The notes below the pieces were generated by a model. The model ran no database searches and was not told where the DNA came from. It saw only the letters and a program-made list of their open reading frames with translations. From Octopus vulgaris (lineage: Eukaryota), in NCBI GenBank assembly GCA_951406725.2, contig OX597820.1:77004001-77068000 (forward strand): a DNA stretch of 64,000 bases, read 5' to 3'. Every line of letters begins with the position of its first letter. Position 1 is the first letter of the stretch. Of the stretch, positions 29,661 through 43,536 are shown piece by piece. A program made the position numbers and the translations under genes.

Positions 29661-29991
29661 TAGCATCTATATATAGTGCCGGGGAACTGTGTGTGTGCGT
29701 GTATTAGTGGTAGCATCCCCACTGCTAACCAACTGTGAGTGAATTTCCTTCGCTGTAACTTAGCCGAAAAATGTAGCTGAAAAATAAAAACAGATGTAAA
29801 CAATTGCCAATTTGTTCGATGCGAATCAACAGATACGAAAATTGAGGCAAGAGAAGAAGAGGTTTCTGGACATATGAAAAGAATGATATGCATATATATG
29901 TGTACATATATATATATATAGGGAGAGAGAGAGGACAGAGAGAAGGAGACAGAGAGATGTGTATTTATATATATATATGTGTGTGTGTGTG

Positions 29992-30033
<42 letters not shown>

Positions 30034-30084
30034 CATGTGTGTATGTATATATTTATATTTGTATGTGCCTGTTTATCTATCTTG

Positions 30085-30173
<89 letters not shown>

Positions 30174-31626
30174 GGTTACATCTTCGTAGGATATGTCGTC
30201 ATAGGCTTCACCATGCGAATAATTAGTTTTGTTAGGTATGATAGCATTACTTATTATTAATTCAATTCTTTCAAGTCAAACGATGTGAAGCGGAACTTAC
30301 TGTATAATATGTAAGTACAATTTATAATCCGATGTAGTTTTGAAGTGAAGTGGGAATAGTCTATTTTGTTTTTTACAAATATAAAATATTACTTGCACTG
30401 ATTTATATAAATATCTAATTTATATTATTTCCAACATGATTTGACGTGTGACCCGGAGATGTATTTATTTATAAGTTAAATTTCGAATGCAAAGCAGACA
30501 TGCCGAAACATGTATAACAACAACTGACATATGTATAAGTATTCAGCATACAGATCCATTAACAGACTTATGTGTACAGAGAAGAACGCGTACTAATATT
30601 CACAAACAATCAATAAAAGCACAATTTATGGACGAACTCGTAGTTTTAAATAATGCATTCGTCTCTGCAAAATTTAAGAATTATAGTCTTCCCTTGACAC
30701 AAAAATGCATATTTTTACATATTAAATGACTTAGTAGTGCATAATTTACATATTTAATGAAATTATCAAATGTATTGTAAAAAGAATTACCGTTTTCTAA
30801 GAACTGACGTTCTTAAGGTTTTGTACATGTCATTTATTTTCAATTTTCTTGCTTGACAGGACATTTTTTTATCGTTTACAACAAAAATAAATAATATAAT
30901 CTTTGAGTTTAGAACATCAAAGTTTTGTTTTTTCCAATGTATCAATTTAACAAAAGCTTGTGAGCAAGCGACGAAGAATGTTTCGTCGAATTTATTGTTT
31001 CTGAGAATGGTTTTCCAAACTTTTTATGATCTTCATTTGCTGAAAGTTTTTATTACTGCAGCATCAGTGATGTTCTTTCCATGCATGAATTGCATAATGT
31101 TGCTTCACTTCATAGTTGCTTCACTTTTCTTCAACAAACTATATCATTCTTATGGAGAGTAAAACCGATTCCAAGGCTTCAAACGAATAAATAAACAAAA
31201 AAATAAATGTAATGTTTCAGGGAGTGTAACTTGAGTGACTAAAAACCCGTGGAGCTCTAAATCAATGATTCTCTAAATATTTTCCTTTGCATCGCTTTCA
31301 TTTCTCATTCATTAATATTACCCAATTCCCACCTAAATATCTATCTGGATATTTATTTACGAATGAATTTCAGCCATGCATACCGAAACCATTGTTTAAA
31401 CTGCAATTTGTCTGCCCCTCCTAGCTGCTTCTCATGCTCTCCATGGTCTACGCTTATTTCACAAACCCATTAAAGAGACAGCAATAGAACAGAGATAAAT
31501 ATCATAGGGAATCACACGTTTACGATTCGTATAGACTAATCATTTACATGCATACGTACATATATATATATATATGCACACAAATACACACACACAAATA
31601 TAAATATGTATGTATGTATATAGGTA

Positions 31627-31699
<73 letters not shown>

Positions 31700-31707
31700 A
31701 TGTAAAA

Positions 31708-31748
<41 letters not shown>

Positions 31749-32669
31749 TTATTATTATATACGAATCCTAATATGTATATATAACTATAACAGAATAGGA
31801 AATTTATGTAGATATCGCTAGAGGGTATTTTGATTTTCTAATGAAGTTATAATTCTTACCGATAGACACATACACGGCTTAGTGGTTAAGGTGATGCGCT
31901 CACGATCGAAAGGTCGTTGTTTCGGTGCCAAGATAATACCTTTTCTTCTTGAGCTTCACACTGTATTTCGTGCTACGCTCTTGTTCACTCTGCAGGAAAT
32001 AGTTAACATTGCGACGAATTAGCATCCCAAGCATTGGGATGTTGTGCACGATAATATCCATGCGCCATAGAGATGAGGTAAACGGCCTCGAGAGACTTTT
32101 GAGACAGTAATGTCCAGGGGACTTTAATGATGCGCAAGCGTAAAACCAACAAAACGAAAATGCCAGCTTCAGAATCGGTCTCTGCCATATACAAGATGAA
32201 AAAACTGTGAAGTGCTTCACGTAAGGCTTAGGATAATTTGTGAGATAGTATTTTGCAACTCTATTTACACCTAAAGTTATTATTTATAAATTAATCAACA
32301 GGCAACACTAATCTACTTCTTATAGGATTTCCGTTACGTAATGCATTAAATTCATTCTAGATTACTTGGATGGAACCTCGATACAAGAATTTATTTTGTT
32401 CAAGGTGGGGTGTACTATATCAATCATATAGCAATCCCTAATTGTATTCTAAGATCAAGAAAGCACATACACCTATAATGGTAAACTGTTTTATATGATA
32501 CAATACGCTTTCCTTTATTATCAAATTTTGAAAAAAGCGGCGAGATGGAAGAAGCTTTAGCATAAATAAAAAAATTACTTAGCTGCATGTCATCTCTCTT
32601 TACGTTCTGAGTCTAAATTCTGCCGAGGTCGACTTTGCCTTCATGCGTCTATAAACACAATAAGCATAA

Positions 32670-32870
32670 AGTTTCAGAGATGGTGTGAACTGTTCAGAGA
32701 CTTAGACATGAAGATCTCAACATCCGCAAAATTTGTGCTAAGTTTGCTCCCAGTGACTAAAAGAAGGAGAGGCACGTTGGTGACAGGAGGGAGAGAGTTG
32801 ATCTCATTACCTCCAGTCCAAGATCATTCGCATCTCTGATGACCTGTCAAAAAAATCTGTATCTACTGTA
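32670..32870 (+). mobile_element. Mariner transposase internal fragment
   Basis: Translates TVQRLRHEDLNIRKICAKFAP..KERHVGDRRERVDLITS (cf. HEDLNMRKVCAKFVP). Confidence 0.7.
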
Positions 32871-32909
32871 CTAGCATTTCCGCTTTTACATGTGATCACA
32901 TATATATAT

Positions 32910-33160
32910 TCTTCAACAACACTTTCCAAACAATATTAGGTTTCACTTTCGCCATCTCGTATACATGTACCGACTTCTTAGATACATCCATTACCTGTAA
33001 GCAAATATCGCTGGCCACCCCAGCGTTCATAAAGCCATTCTTAATATAATTGTGATTCCTTATCCACCCCGAACCCCATACAAGAAATCGGCTACATCGT
33101 CAACTTATATCTCCTGTGTCCCCGCTTCCATAGCTGAGTTTCGGTTTTTGAAATTACCTC
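32910..33160 (-). mobile_element. RTE-like LINE APE-endonuclease fragment, very degraded
   Basis: Minus strand shows QEI..RFL followed by GV..-like and W..V-like remnants in the order of RTE endonuclease motifs; heavily frameshifted. Confidence 0.35.
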
Positions 33161-33214
33161 TAAACTAATTTTCCACTATATTATCGCAGGCAAACTACTA
33201 TACCTCTATATTTT

Positions 33215-33617
33215 ATCCTCTGATATATCACAGATGGTAATTCGACGATTTCCTCTCACAGCTGCACGCAGTTCTGCTGGTTGTGGGTCTTCCAGAACGT
33301 TTGTCAATATCGACATTTTTTCGGCCATCTTGGAATTGTCTGAAGCACTCGTACACTCGTGTGCAGCTCATACGCTCTTCTACATACACTTTCTACATTT
33401 TTGCGTAGGCCTCTGAGCATGTTTTGACATGACAACTTTCTCTGTCGTGTTCAATGCGATGGTTACACACTACACACCTTCCTTCCAAGGACTGCTGTAA
33501 ACGAAAAAAACTTAGTGCGCATGCACAGTAGAGTGGATGGTAAATCATTGCCAATCAGCGTGCTTTAGCTTAGTTTCTATGACAACAGTCCGAATACTTA
33601 TTGATCATACTGCGTAC
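33215..33617 (-). mobile_element. Mariner 5' remnant (TIR + N-terminal HTH region)
   Basis: TIR TACGCAGTATGATCAATAAGTATTCGGACTG; encodes RVYECFRQFQDGRKNVDIDKRSGRPTTS..AAVRGNRRITI. Confidence 0.8.
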
Positions 33618-33810
33618 GTGCCAATTTGTCAAACATTTCGTGGGGGCTAAATATAAATTCTGTAACTTTGTGCGCATCACAGTAGAGTGGATGCTCTTTG
33701 TCGCTTTACAGATCGCTTCAAAAGCAAACATCTGAAGTGCTTTCCACACATGTCACCTCGTTTGGCATCAACAGCATATACTGAACCTTACACAGAATCA
33801 GCCCCATATA

Positions 33811-35100
33811 CGAGGGACGTTCAATAAGTAATGCCTCTGACCCACTTGCAGTTGTTTGATCTAGCTGAAATTTTGCATGTGCAATCATTTATATCTCTAT
33901 AGAGTAAGTGGCAAATTACAGCTCTGAACTAATTGTGGTTTCTGATTTACAGGTGTTTGAACCGAGTCAAGTGTGAAATGGAGCCTGTTGAGTGTCGAGC
34001 AGTGATCCGGTTTTTGTATATGAAAGGACGCACACCACCGGAGACTTTTGATGAAATGAAAGTAACTTATGGTGATGATGCCCCATCATATGACCTTGTA
34101 AAACGCTGGCATCGTGAATTCAAACATGGTCGGAACTCTGTGGAAACAGCTCCCAGATCTGGTCGCCCCTTCTGCCATTGATGAGGCATCTGTCCGTCAA
34201 GTTGAGGTTGCCATTTTGGAAGATCGACGCATAGTTATTCGCCAAATAGCCCATGAGGTCAAGATTAGTACCGGGTCTGTGGAAACTATCATTCATGACC
34301 ATTTACATATGCAAAAGGTGTCTGCCAGATGGATTCCCAGGTTGCTCACGCCTTTCCAGAAGCAAGAACGCGTTGAGTGCTCGAGGGTGAATTTGGAGAT
34401 GTGCCAAGAAGATGAGTCAAAATTTGTCAAAAGACTGATTGCACAGGATGAAACCTGGGTCCATCACGATGATCCAGAGACCAAAGCCCAGTCAATGCAG
34501 TGGAAGCACCGTGACTCACCCCCTCCAAAGAATGCAAGGGTGTGCCCTCCGCTGGCAAGGTCATGCTCACAGTCTTCTGGGACCAGGACGGAGTAGTGAT
34601 GACAGATTTCTTAGCAAAGGCTACCACAATTGCAGGAGCCTATTATGCTTCACTTTTGAGGAAATTAAGAGAAGTTATCAAAATCAAGAGGCGGGGCAAG
34701 ATCAGCAAAGGCATCCTCCTCCTGCAGGACAACGCTCCGGTCCACAACTCGCTTGTCACCAGATCAGAAACACAGGCGTATGGCTATGAACCCCTCCCCC
34801 ATTCCCCTACTTTCCTGACCTTGCACCCTCTGATTTTCACCTCTTCCCAGTCATGAAGTTGTTTTTGAAAGGAAAGCGTTTCCCAGATGATGTAGCCTTG
34901 ATTTCTGAAGTCACGTTCAGGTTGGAGGACCAAGCTGGGGTCTTCTACAAAAACGGTCTCCAGAGCTGCATCAAACAATGGGAGAAATGCGTGACTCTGG
35001 GTGGTTCCTATGTAGAAAAAGACTAATTTACTGTGCCAAGTTTCGTTGCTCTACTGCTATGGGAAGTGGGTCAGGGGCATTACTTATTAAACGCCCCTCG
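33811..35100 (+). mobile_element. Full-length mariner (DD34D), 1290 bp, TA target-site duplication
   Basis: 37-bp TIRs CGAGGGACGTTCAATAAGTAATGCCTCTGACCCACTT (3 mismatches), TA on both sides. Confidence 0.97.
33978..35026 (+). pseudogene. Frameshifted mariner transposase
   Basis: MEPVECRAVIRFL..RSGRP, WIPRLL, QDETW, GKVMLTVFWD, QDNAPVH and WEKCVTLGGSYVEKD* spread over several frames. Confidence 0.95.
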
Positions 35101-36029
35101 TACGGTCAGCAAAACAGTCTCTAGTATCCACACTCACGGAAGCCCATAGAATCACATAGACGGACTTTCCTGCAACTCATTGGCATATGGCCGATAATTC
35201 AGTCCAGCATCCATCCCCATTCTCCTCTTTTCACAAACCTACTTCTTCCACCTAGTAACATCATTTCTGTGTAAAATATATTTTACTCGTCCCAGTAAGT
35301 TCTCTTGTCTTTAAAAAGAAAACTACATGCAAATTCAAATATTGCATTATTATCTTTTATTTAGGTCAAATATATTTACTTCACAGTTTGCTTAAATATC
35401 GGCTTGTTGCTAGGAATAGCATTAACAACTCAATACTACGTTACAAGTAAATAGGTGAAGTTTCAATCTTTTGTTAAACAGAAGAGAAATTATATGACTC
35501 ACGACAAACGTGAAATGATAGAGAAAAAGTTAGCATAGTATATCTAAGTCAGTAAATGTTTTTGATACTTGATGAAGTAGATTGATGGTGTAACCATATC
35601 CGTTATGTTTTGAAAGAATTTGTAAGCATAACCTTGGTTTGTATTTATAATGGTGATCAGCTCCCTACTGACTGCCCCAAATATTATGCAGACAGGGAAT
35701 ATCTAGGTTCTTACTCATCTTTTTGCAACTAGCATCGCGCTGTGGTCATGGTTCACACACCTAACTCCTTATATCCCAACCCAGTAAACATCAATAAAGA
35801 AAAGGACCTGGTCATATCATAGTACGAACCGAAAGACTGGTGTATGAAAATGATAGTGGTACTTCAAATGTCTGTCGCTTTTCTATTCTACCACCAAAAG
35901 AAAGTTGTTCCTAAAAGACATACAGCTAAAGATAGTTGTCAATCTTAGTCATATTATTCTCGTATAATTAATGTTTCGCCTTCCCTGTAGTTTCTATTGA
36001 AGTTTAAAGAATAACGGTATCGTCTTGTT

Positions 36030-36210
36030 CAATGGTCTCAACCGGGGTCCAAAGGCCTCTGGAGGTGCATTTTAGATTTGGTGGGGTATCCACAGAACAA
36101 ACCTGTAAATTGGCGAATCGCGCTAGTGTTTTAAGGGCCTCTGAAAAAATGTTGCTTCAGATGTATGCATAAAAAGGGGTCCATAGACAGAAAATGGTTG
36201 AGAATCCCTG
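36030..36210. mobile_element. hAT (Charlie/Buster-type) MITE
   Basis: Ends CAATGGTCTCAACC / GGTTGAGAATCCCTG; degenerate 8-bp TSD GTCTTGTT/GTGTTATT. Confidence 0.7.
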
Positions 36211-37719
36211 GTGTTATTGAAGGATTCGAGTAGTTGCTGAGGAGACGTTGCAGCCGTTAGTTTAGTACCTTTATTTTGTATTTAGGACTGCAGTATGGAA
36301 TATGTCCTTTCATTTGCCATGCTATGACTTACCACTAGTACGAAATAACTTTTTATTAATATCAGAGATTTGAACTGGTAACACTGTTGAAGTGGAAACC
36401 TACTAGGAACTTTGATCAATAACATACCACGTTGTTTTCAACATGATTTTGTGGTTTAACAAATGGGAGCGCAACGTTGAAAACTAATTCATTAGGCATT
36501 GATTTTAGAACAATAGTGCTTCCTAGAATTTTGAAATATATCTGCCGCAGTATCAGATGGCAATAACGTAGATTGGTTGATTTTTGTTTTAAATAATTTG
36601 AACACTTTCGGCATATTAGTAATACAATCAAATATGATATAGTAACAGTTATATTACCGAATCATCCATTTGCGCTCTCGTAAACACGTAATATTATGAT
36701 ATCACATGTTATAGGAATTAACTCCCCATTAATCCATTGAATTTTACAGTGAAACCAACATAATTGCCTTTTAATTTAATTCTTAGTTACATGCCTGCAA
36801 ATACTATTTAATATATTTATGAATATATCGCATTCAACTTAAAACAAACAAGGGTCTTTGTAATCCCTGTTAAGCAGTATCTACTGTATATGGGCATTCA
36901 TGGTATATATATATATATACATACATCATATTAACTATTGCTTTATTTGAGGATTATTTTTCTAATCATTATCGATATTTTCATAAGCATTAAATAAATA
37001 TTAACATATTGTATTTTCTCTCAAAGCGATTTCATTACCACCGTAACAATGGCCTTGTAGTAAGCTGTAGCGCCTTTCAAGAATTCGTAAAACGTATATT
37101 CATGGACTATTCATAATTTCTAATTTTATTGTTAGCTTTCGGCTATATATTCAATACTTAATACTGACGATACATATGCTATATTTCTTCTAAATGAATT
37201 TTCACACAGAAACAATTTGCTTGATATTATCACAGTTTAAATTATCGTTATCAACGTAGATGAATAGATGTAATATGGGAACAAAGGAAACATATTGTTA
37301 GATGTCAGAATGTTTTTTTTTCCGAGTATTACACAACAAAAGGCGTTACCAACATCATGATAATTGGTCAAATGTATATTGTTAAACATGAAAACTAATG
37401 TAGCATAAAGTTGTTTTATCTACACTAGCTTTACTTCAAACATCCGCCGTCACTTATTTAAAAGCTGTACAAAAAGATATTACTCAAATGATTTGGAAAT
37501 ATATTTATCAAATAAAATAATGTGTTCCTAGGCCTCAGAGCAAATGCATCAAATTCGGAAAAATGTAATAGATATGATCGTTTCTAGTATCGTATCGACC
37601 GTAGTGAATGATACTGTTTATCACACGGACGCATAATAAGTATAGCACCTACTCAGATTGCTACTTCTTTATTTACATATTAAATACAGTATGTGTGTAT
37701 GAGTGTGTAAAGTATTATA

Positions 37720-38548
37720 TCTGAGTGATAATTTACGCAAAAATGAAAGTAACACTGACATCTCATTTTAACAGATATATTGCCCAAAATTGCATAAAAA
37801 TATCTTGAAATACTAAGGAATAAATTAATTAAATAAAATCGCCATTGGTTTCAACCAAGGCCTCCAGATGACTTCGGAAACTTTTGAAACCCTGCTGGAC
37901 GATCTTCATGTTTAAATTGGTGAATACTGCAATAATCCCTGTTGTTAGTTCATTTTTGGTGTTACAGGGAGTTTTGTTGGTCTCTCGCTCACTGCGCCCG
38001 ATACACAGTAATCAAGGGGTTTGCAGTCTGTGGAGTGAGGTGGCCAGTCAGTGGTGTTGTCGCAAAAATTGGCTGACAGCCATGAATGGATACTCCTGCT
38101 TCTGTGGCATGGTGTAGAGTTCTGCTGGAGCAGCCACCCTCTTGAACTAGGGCAGCACTAACTCCTGCAGGCATTTATTGTAGACCGCCGTGTTGAGCTT
38201 GAGGCTGTGGGGGAAGATAAATGGAAGCATAGCGTGGCCATCACTAGTAATCACTCAAAACACCATGATGTTGATTGGATGTTTGATATTTATCACTCTC
38301 GATACATGTCCTCAGATTGACACTCAAACACTCTGAAATGGTCATATTGGAGCTTCTGTACGAATACCAAACAGTACAGCATGCCCATTTGAAACTGCTA
38401 GCAGAGTTAATTGCTTCATGGAGCTGTTTTTTGTCACAGACGGTGCCCCACCGACCCAACTGTCCTATGTAGTCAACAAAATCGAAAACCAAAAACGCGC
38501 ATGCGTCAAATTAAAAATATAATATAGCGACAATTTACCCATCGCATA
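37720..38548 (-). mobile_element. Internally deleted DD37D/maT-type Tc1-mariner relic
   Basis: Minus strand encodes VITSDGHAMLPFIF..LKLNTAVYNKCLQELVLP, then DWPPHSTDCKPLDYCV..ETNKTPCNTKNEL..FRSHLEALVETNGDFI*. Ends are approximate. Confidence 0.85.
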
Positions 38549-38607
38549 CATATATATACGTACATATACGCATATATATATATGTACATATATACCTACA
38601 TACATGC

Positions 38608-38648
<41 letters not shown>

Positions 38649-38653
<5 letters not shown>

Positions 38654-38902
38654 AATGCACCCTTTTAAAGCCTACTCGGGCTCATGGGGCCGGTTTCCCG
38701 ATTTCTATTGCGTATGTGTTCCCCAGCTGGAAGGGACGCCACTCCATCACAGATTTACTCATTTTTGCCAGTTGAGTGGACTGGAACAACGTCAAATGAA
38801 GTGTTGTGCTTAAGAACACAACGCGTCGCCCGATCCAGGAATCGAAACCACAATCTTACGATCATGATGCTGACACTCTAATCACTAAGTCACGCGTCTC
38901 TA
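38649..38902 (-). mobile_element. SINE family C
   Basis: Paralogue of 28449-28715, inserted in (TA)n. Confidence 0.85.
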
Positions 38903-38904
38903 CG

Positions 38905-38936
<32 letters not shown>

Positions 38937-39741
38937 AATATATATAGACCTTGTCCATGTACACATATCTATTAGGTGTCTATATTTCAATTTAAGTATG
39001 AAATCAGCATACGTCACAGATTTCACTTGTGTATCACACACACTGAGGTAGATTTTCTCGTTGGTTGAGCATTTATCGAAGCGTTTACAACGTCATAATA
39101 CAGAGCATGAAGCTGGAGAGAAGTGAAAGCCACCGTCTTGATATGTATGTATGTGATTATGTATTAATGTGTACGTGTGCTCGCGTCTGTTCATGCGGGA
39201 GATGGAAGGAAAGAACGAACGAGTTCATCCCATCCCCTAGTTTCGTCTAGACATCCAATTGTACAGATCAACATCTTTGAAATTAATCAGATGATCAAAG
39301 GCCATAAGGCGGAAGAAGTTCATCATATTTCTTTTATCGGAGACAGGAGAATCTTTGAAATTGTCTGAAAGTAAATAATGAATGTGTTAAAAGATGAATT
39401 TATTTTAGCCTGATTTATAACAGACAGTAATGGGTGATTTGCACGTATAGAAACACATTCAAGGAATGTCTGGCTTTCAAACTAAATAAAGTGTCCCGCA
39501 CACCGACAAAACTAAGATGATATGTTCTGTGTATTCTTAGCTTGTTTCAGAAAACTTATATTCCAAACTACACTTTTATACCTTTTAAACGCTCGAGAAA
39601 TAAATTCATGTACGTACGTATGTATGTATGAATATGTAACTGTACAGGTACACACATACATATCTATATTTATATATACACTCACACACATGCATAAATA
39701 TCGATATATCTATATATCTATCTACCTATCTGTATATATGT

Positions 39742-40025
39742 CACCGTGATCACCGTGAGTGACCAGGCTATCAAATGTTGCTACATATCGCTGATCACAA
39801 TGCGCTTCGCTTTGTTTCAGCCTTCAAATGACGCCACCCCACTGGGTAAGTGAGCAACCCACAGACGAAAAAGTGAAAGTTGTGGTGAAAGAGTACAGTA
39901 GGGATCGCCACCACCCCTGCCGGAGCATCGTGGAGCTTCAGGTGATTTCCGTCAATAAACACTCACAACGCCCGGTCTGGGAACCGAAACTACGATCCTT
40001 CAACCGCGAGTCCGCTGTCCTTGCA
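39742..40025 (-). mobile_element. tRNA-derived SINE, 5'-clipped
   Basis: Minus strand GGACAGCGGACTCGCGGTTGAAGGATCGTAGTTTCGGTTCCCAGACCGGG head-like sequence; tail ends in TCACCGTG repeats. Confidence 0.6.
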
Positions 40026-40104
40026 CCTCCACCTGTATACACGCCTCCACACACACACACGCCTCCACCTGTATGCATGCATACATATATATATGTATGC
40101 GTAT

Positions 40105-40157
<53 letters not shown>

Positions 40158-40162
<5 letters not shown>

Positions 40163-40504
40163 AGGAGTGGCTGTGTGGTAAGTAGCTTGCTTACCAACCA
40201 CATGGTTCCTGGTTCAGTCCCACTGCGTGACATCTTGGGCAAGCGTCTTCTGCTGTAGCCTCGGGCCGACCAAAGCCTTGTGAGTGGATTTGGTAGACGG
40301 AAACTGAAAAGAAGTCCGTTGTATATATGTATATATATATGTGTGTGTGTGTGCGTGTGTTTGTGTGTCTGTATTTGTTCCCCTAGCATTGCTTGACAAC
40401 CGATGCTGGTGTGTTTGTGTCCTCGATACTTAGCTGCTCGATTAAAGGAGGTGCTCCAGCATGGCCGCAGTAAAATGACTGAAACAAGTAAAAGAGTTAA
40501 AGAG
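40158..40504 (+). mobile_element. SINE family B, best-preserved copy
   Basis: GCAGGAGTGGCTGTGTGGTAAG (A box), GGTTCAGTCCC (B box), CTTGGGCAAG CORE-like box, internal TA/TG run, tail CCAGCATGGCCGCAG..GACTGAAACAAGTAAAAGAG. Confidence 0.9.
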
Positions 40505-41384
40505 TATATATACGTTTAAATATTTGTTGTGCAAGATTTTTTATATATATTGTTGTATCGCACGTTCGACGTATGATATAACCGGATAATAATAATAATG
40601 TCCTCGCAGATCATTGTACTCGAGATACTGGTAATAACCTTCGACAATACGCAATTCTCGAATTTACACTGCACTGAAGGATCTCTGCGTATGTCCATTT
40701 ATCTTATTTCCTGCTTTAATTTTTACATTGATATGCAAATCACACATTTATCTACACAAAAACGCTCGTATGATTTTCAGAATTCCCTCTTGTGATGTGT
40801 GGTAAGTAGGAAGATGCCCCCTCAGTCTTAGACTCCAGAGCAATGCTCCCATCAGAGAATGTATTACTGTTAGCATCCAGAAGTATAATACCACTGTGAA
40901 AACCTGTGAAGACCGGTGAAAAGAACGCATCTTTCAAAGAAGATTTACCGGATTCCTATTTAACAATTTTCATACCGAGCAGAATTTTTGTTAAAACACT
41001 CTTTCACAGGGCGCCGATTACTGAGTACAAAATCCAAAATTTTGTTGAATACTTCTATACATGCTGCCTTCCTCGATATAAAAATTGTCAGCACTGAAAG
41101 GATTTACATCGAAATATCTTTGGAAAAAAATGTTTAAATGACGCAAAACATGCAGCAAGTATTTTGATATTGGAAATAACTACTGTAGTATGAAAATCTA
41201 TACGTGAAATTTCACACTGTGAGTTCGTATACGTTTCCGTTTTATTCAAATTCTCTGCACCAACCAGCTTGAAGCTTAAACATTCACATTTCCTTCATTG
41301 TAGTAATGCGCGCGCACACACGTTCGCAGAGGCATATAAAAAGAAATCATTAATATATGAAAAACTAAACAGAAAGCCCATGTG

Positions 41385-41421
<37 letters not shown>

Positions 41422-43536
41422 GCGCATACGCATATATACATACATTCATATAGACATACTTACACACACAAAGACACACGCACATACGGCGGTTAGCTTT
41501 TGAAGATAATGTGTTGTATAACAAAAAATTGTGTAAACAATATCATAAATAGTTACAAGAGATGCTGCAACTTTTTCCGAAGGTTTTCTTCAATAACAAC
41601 GCTATACGATTCGATCGCATACTATCCTATTGTATGAAACAACAAAAGATCACACGTAACATCCTTTGTACGAAAAGAACCAATCGACAAAGGAGGGAAA
41701 AAGAAAAATCTTTCGTACGTTTACTTTTCGTGACCAACATTAAACAAATGCACTAATTCGTAGACGGCGATTCAATTCCAGCTCAAAAGAAGACAACTGG
41801 AATTAAATATGTATCTCGTTTGAAAATGTTTTAATTATTTAGTTTTTTTATTTTCTATTTTTCTATTTCAACGAAAATGTCTGATTATGCTCGAAGCACA
41901 TATCTGCAAATATTTATAGAACTATATGCATAAAAACACTGCAACAATCATATTCATACACGTCGTTGTTCAATCATTTTTGCTCTAATGATGGAACAGG
42001 TTGCAAATAAATCAAATGTTACTTTGCACTCTATCACTTCTTACAGAATATGTGATTTAAGTCTCATCACAAGTTTAACGATGCCTGTAATTATATTGAA
42101 CGTACATTTATTTAATATTCATTGTCATAATATCCCTGGCACTGCAGGTGCCTCGCTATCTCGCATTTTAATAGTTAATTCTTTGGCAATGATGTGAATG
42201 GTAATATAAACAACTAAATTTCACTCAGCACGTTACGTTGACTTTATAATCTATGTGCATATATATGCATACACGTAGTCACGCAAACACACACACACTC
42301 ACATACATTTTAAGCATTAGTTGGCGTTGTAACCATATTTTGATTGACATAGACTAAAATTAAGTAACTACGTGTTAATTCATTTGTTTAGTCATTTGGC
42401 TAAACTAAATGGAGTATTTATTCTCTTGTGTCTTAATGCAAAACGTATATAATATTTACGGTTAGTAAATTTATGATATATGCCAAACTCAGACTGACTG
42501 TTAATATTCCTTATAGAAATATTTAAAACCCCCCGCTTCTGAGTTAATTAATTTATACTGTAGTGAATGGAATAAATCCTTTACCATTGTCTTTTGTAGA
42601 TGAATAGAAAGAGTTTAGTAATCCTTTGTGATTGGTGAAACAGTATAATTTCCTAAGCCTCCAAAACTAAATTTATTAGGCCGAGCTACAGTGGAGCCCA
42701 CTGTAGTACCGTATTTATATCAAAGAAAGAGTAACTACGCTGGAGAAAAAAATTGAATCCAACAATCGTTAATATTTTTGTAGTATTTGAACATTTATTT
42801 GCCAAATTCTCTTCACGCAGTCATTTACCTTGGATACAAAAATCTTGATAAGTATTAGTATATAAATTCACAACATAAAAACATATAACCTGCATTTCTC
42901 ATTGGGCATTTTTAATTGATTCAACTTATCTAGGCTGCTTTTTATAAGACTTTACAAACATTAAATAAATGCTTTTCATAGGATATCTGAGAAATGCACT
43001 TTGACAGCGAAGTTTTCATTATGGCTCAGGTACTACAGTACATTATTTAAGTGTGTAGATAAAACATTAAAACATAAAAATGCAGATCTCTAACATCAGC
43101 AATCTTGTAAATGTTTGCAAACCCATACAAATGAACTGATTTGTATTTAACATCCTTTATCGGTTAATACCTTCCGAATGGAGTTTAACAGGTCTGTAAG
43201 AGATTTTATTATTTCTGATGGTTGTACATTTTAAAATACTTGTCAAAATACTTTTCCTTCTGATATACATTAAACAGTATTGTCAAAAACCTCCGTAACT
43301 ATCAATATAAGTACTTCTATAAGAGCTTATTCAATTCACGATTCACGATCATTTTCATATTCGTATATATTCATGTATATGTAGTGCTGCAGATTAACTT
43401 ATTACTTTGGTTATATATGCCACATGGAGTATACAAAATATGGACTTCAAATCACAATAAGTATATCTCTACTATTTGATTAAGGCTCTATGTATGTGAG
43501 AGAGAAGGAGAGATAGAGAGAGAGACAGACATACAG

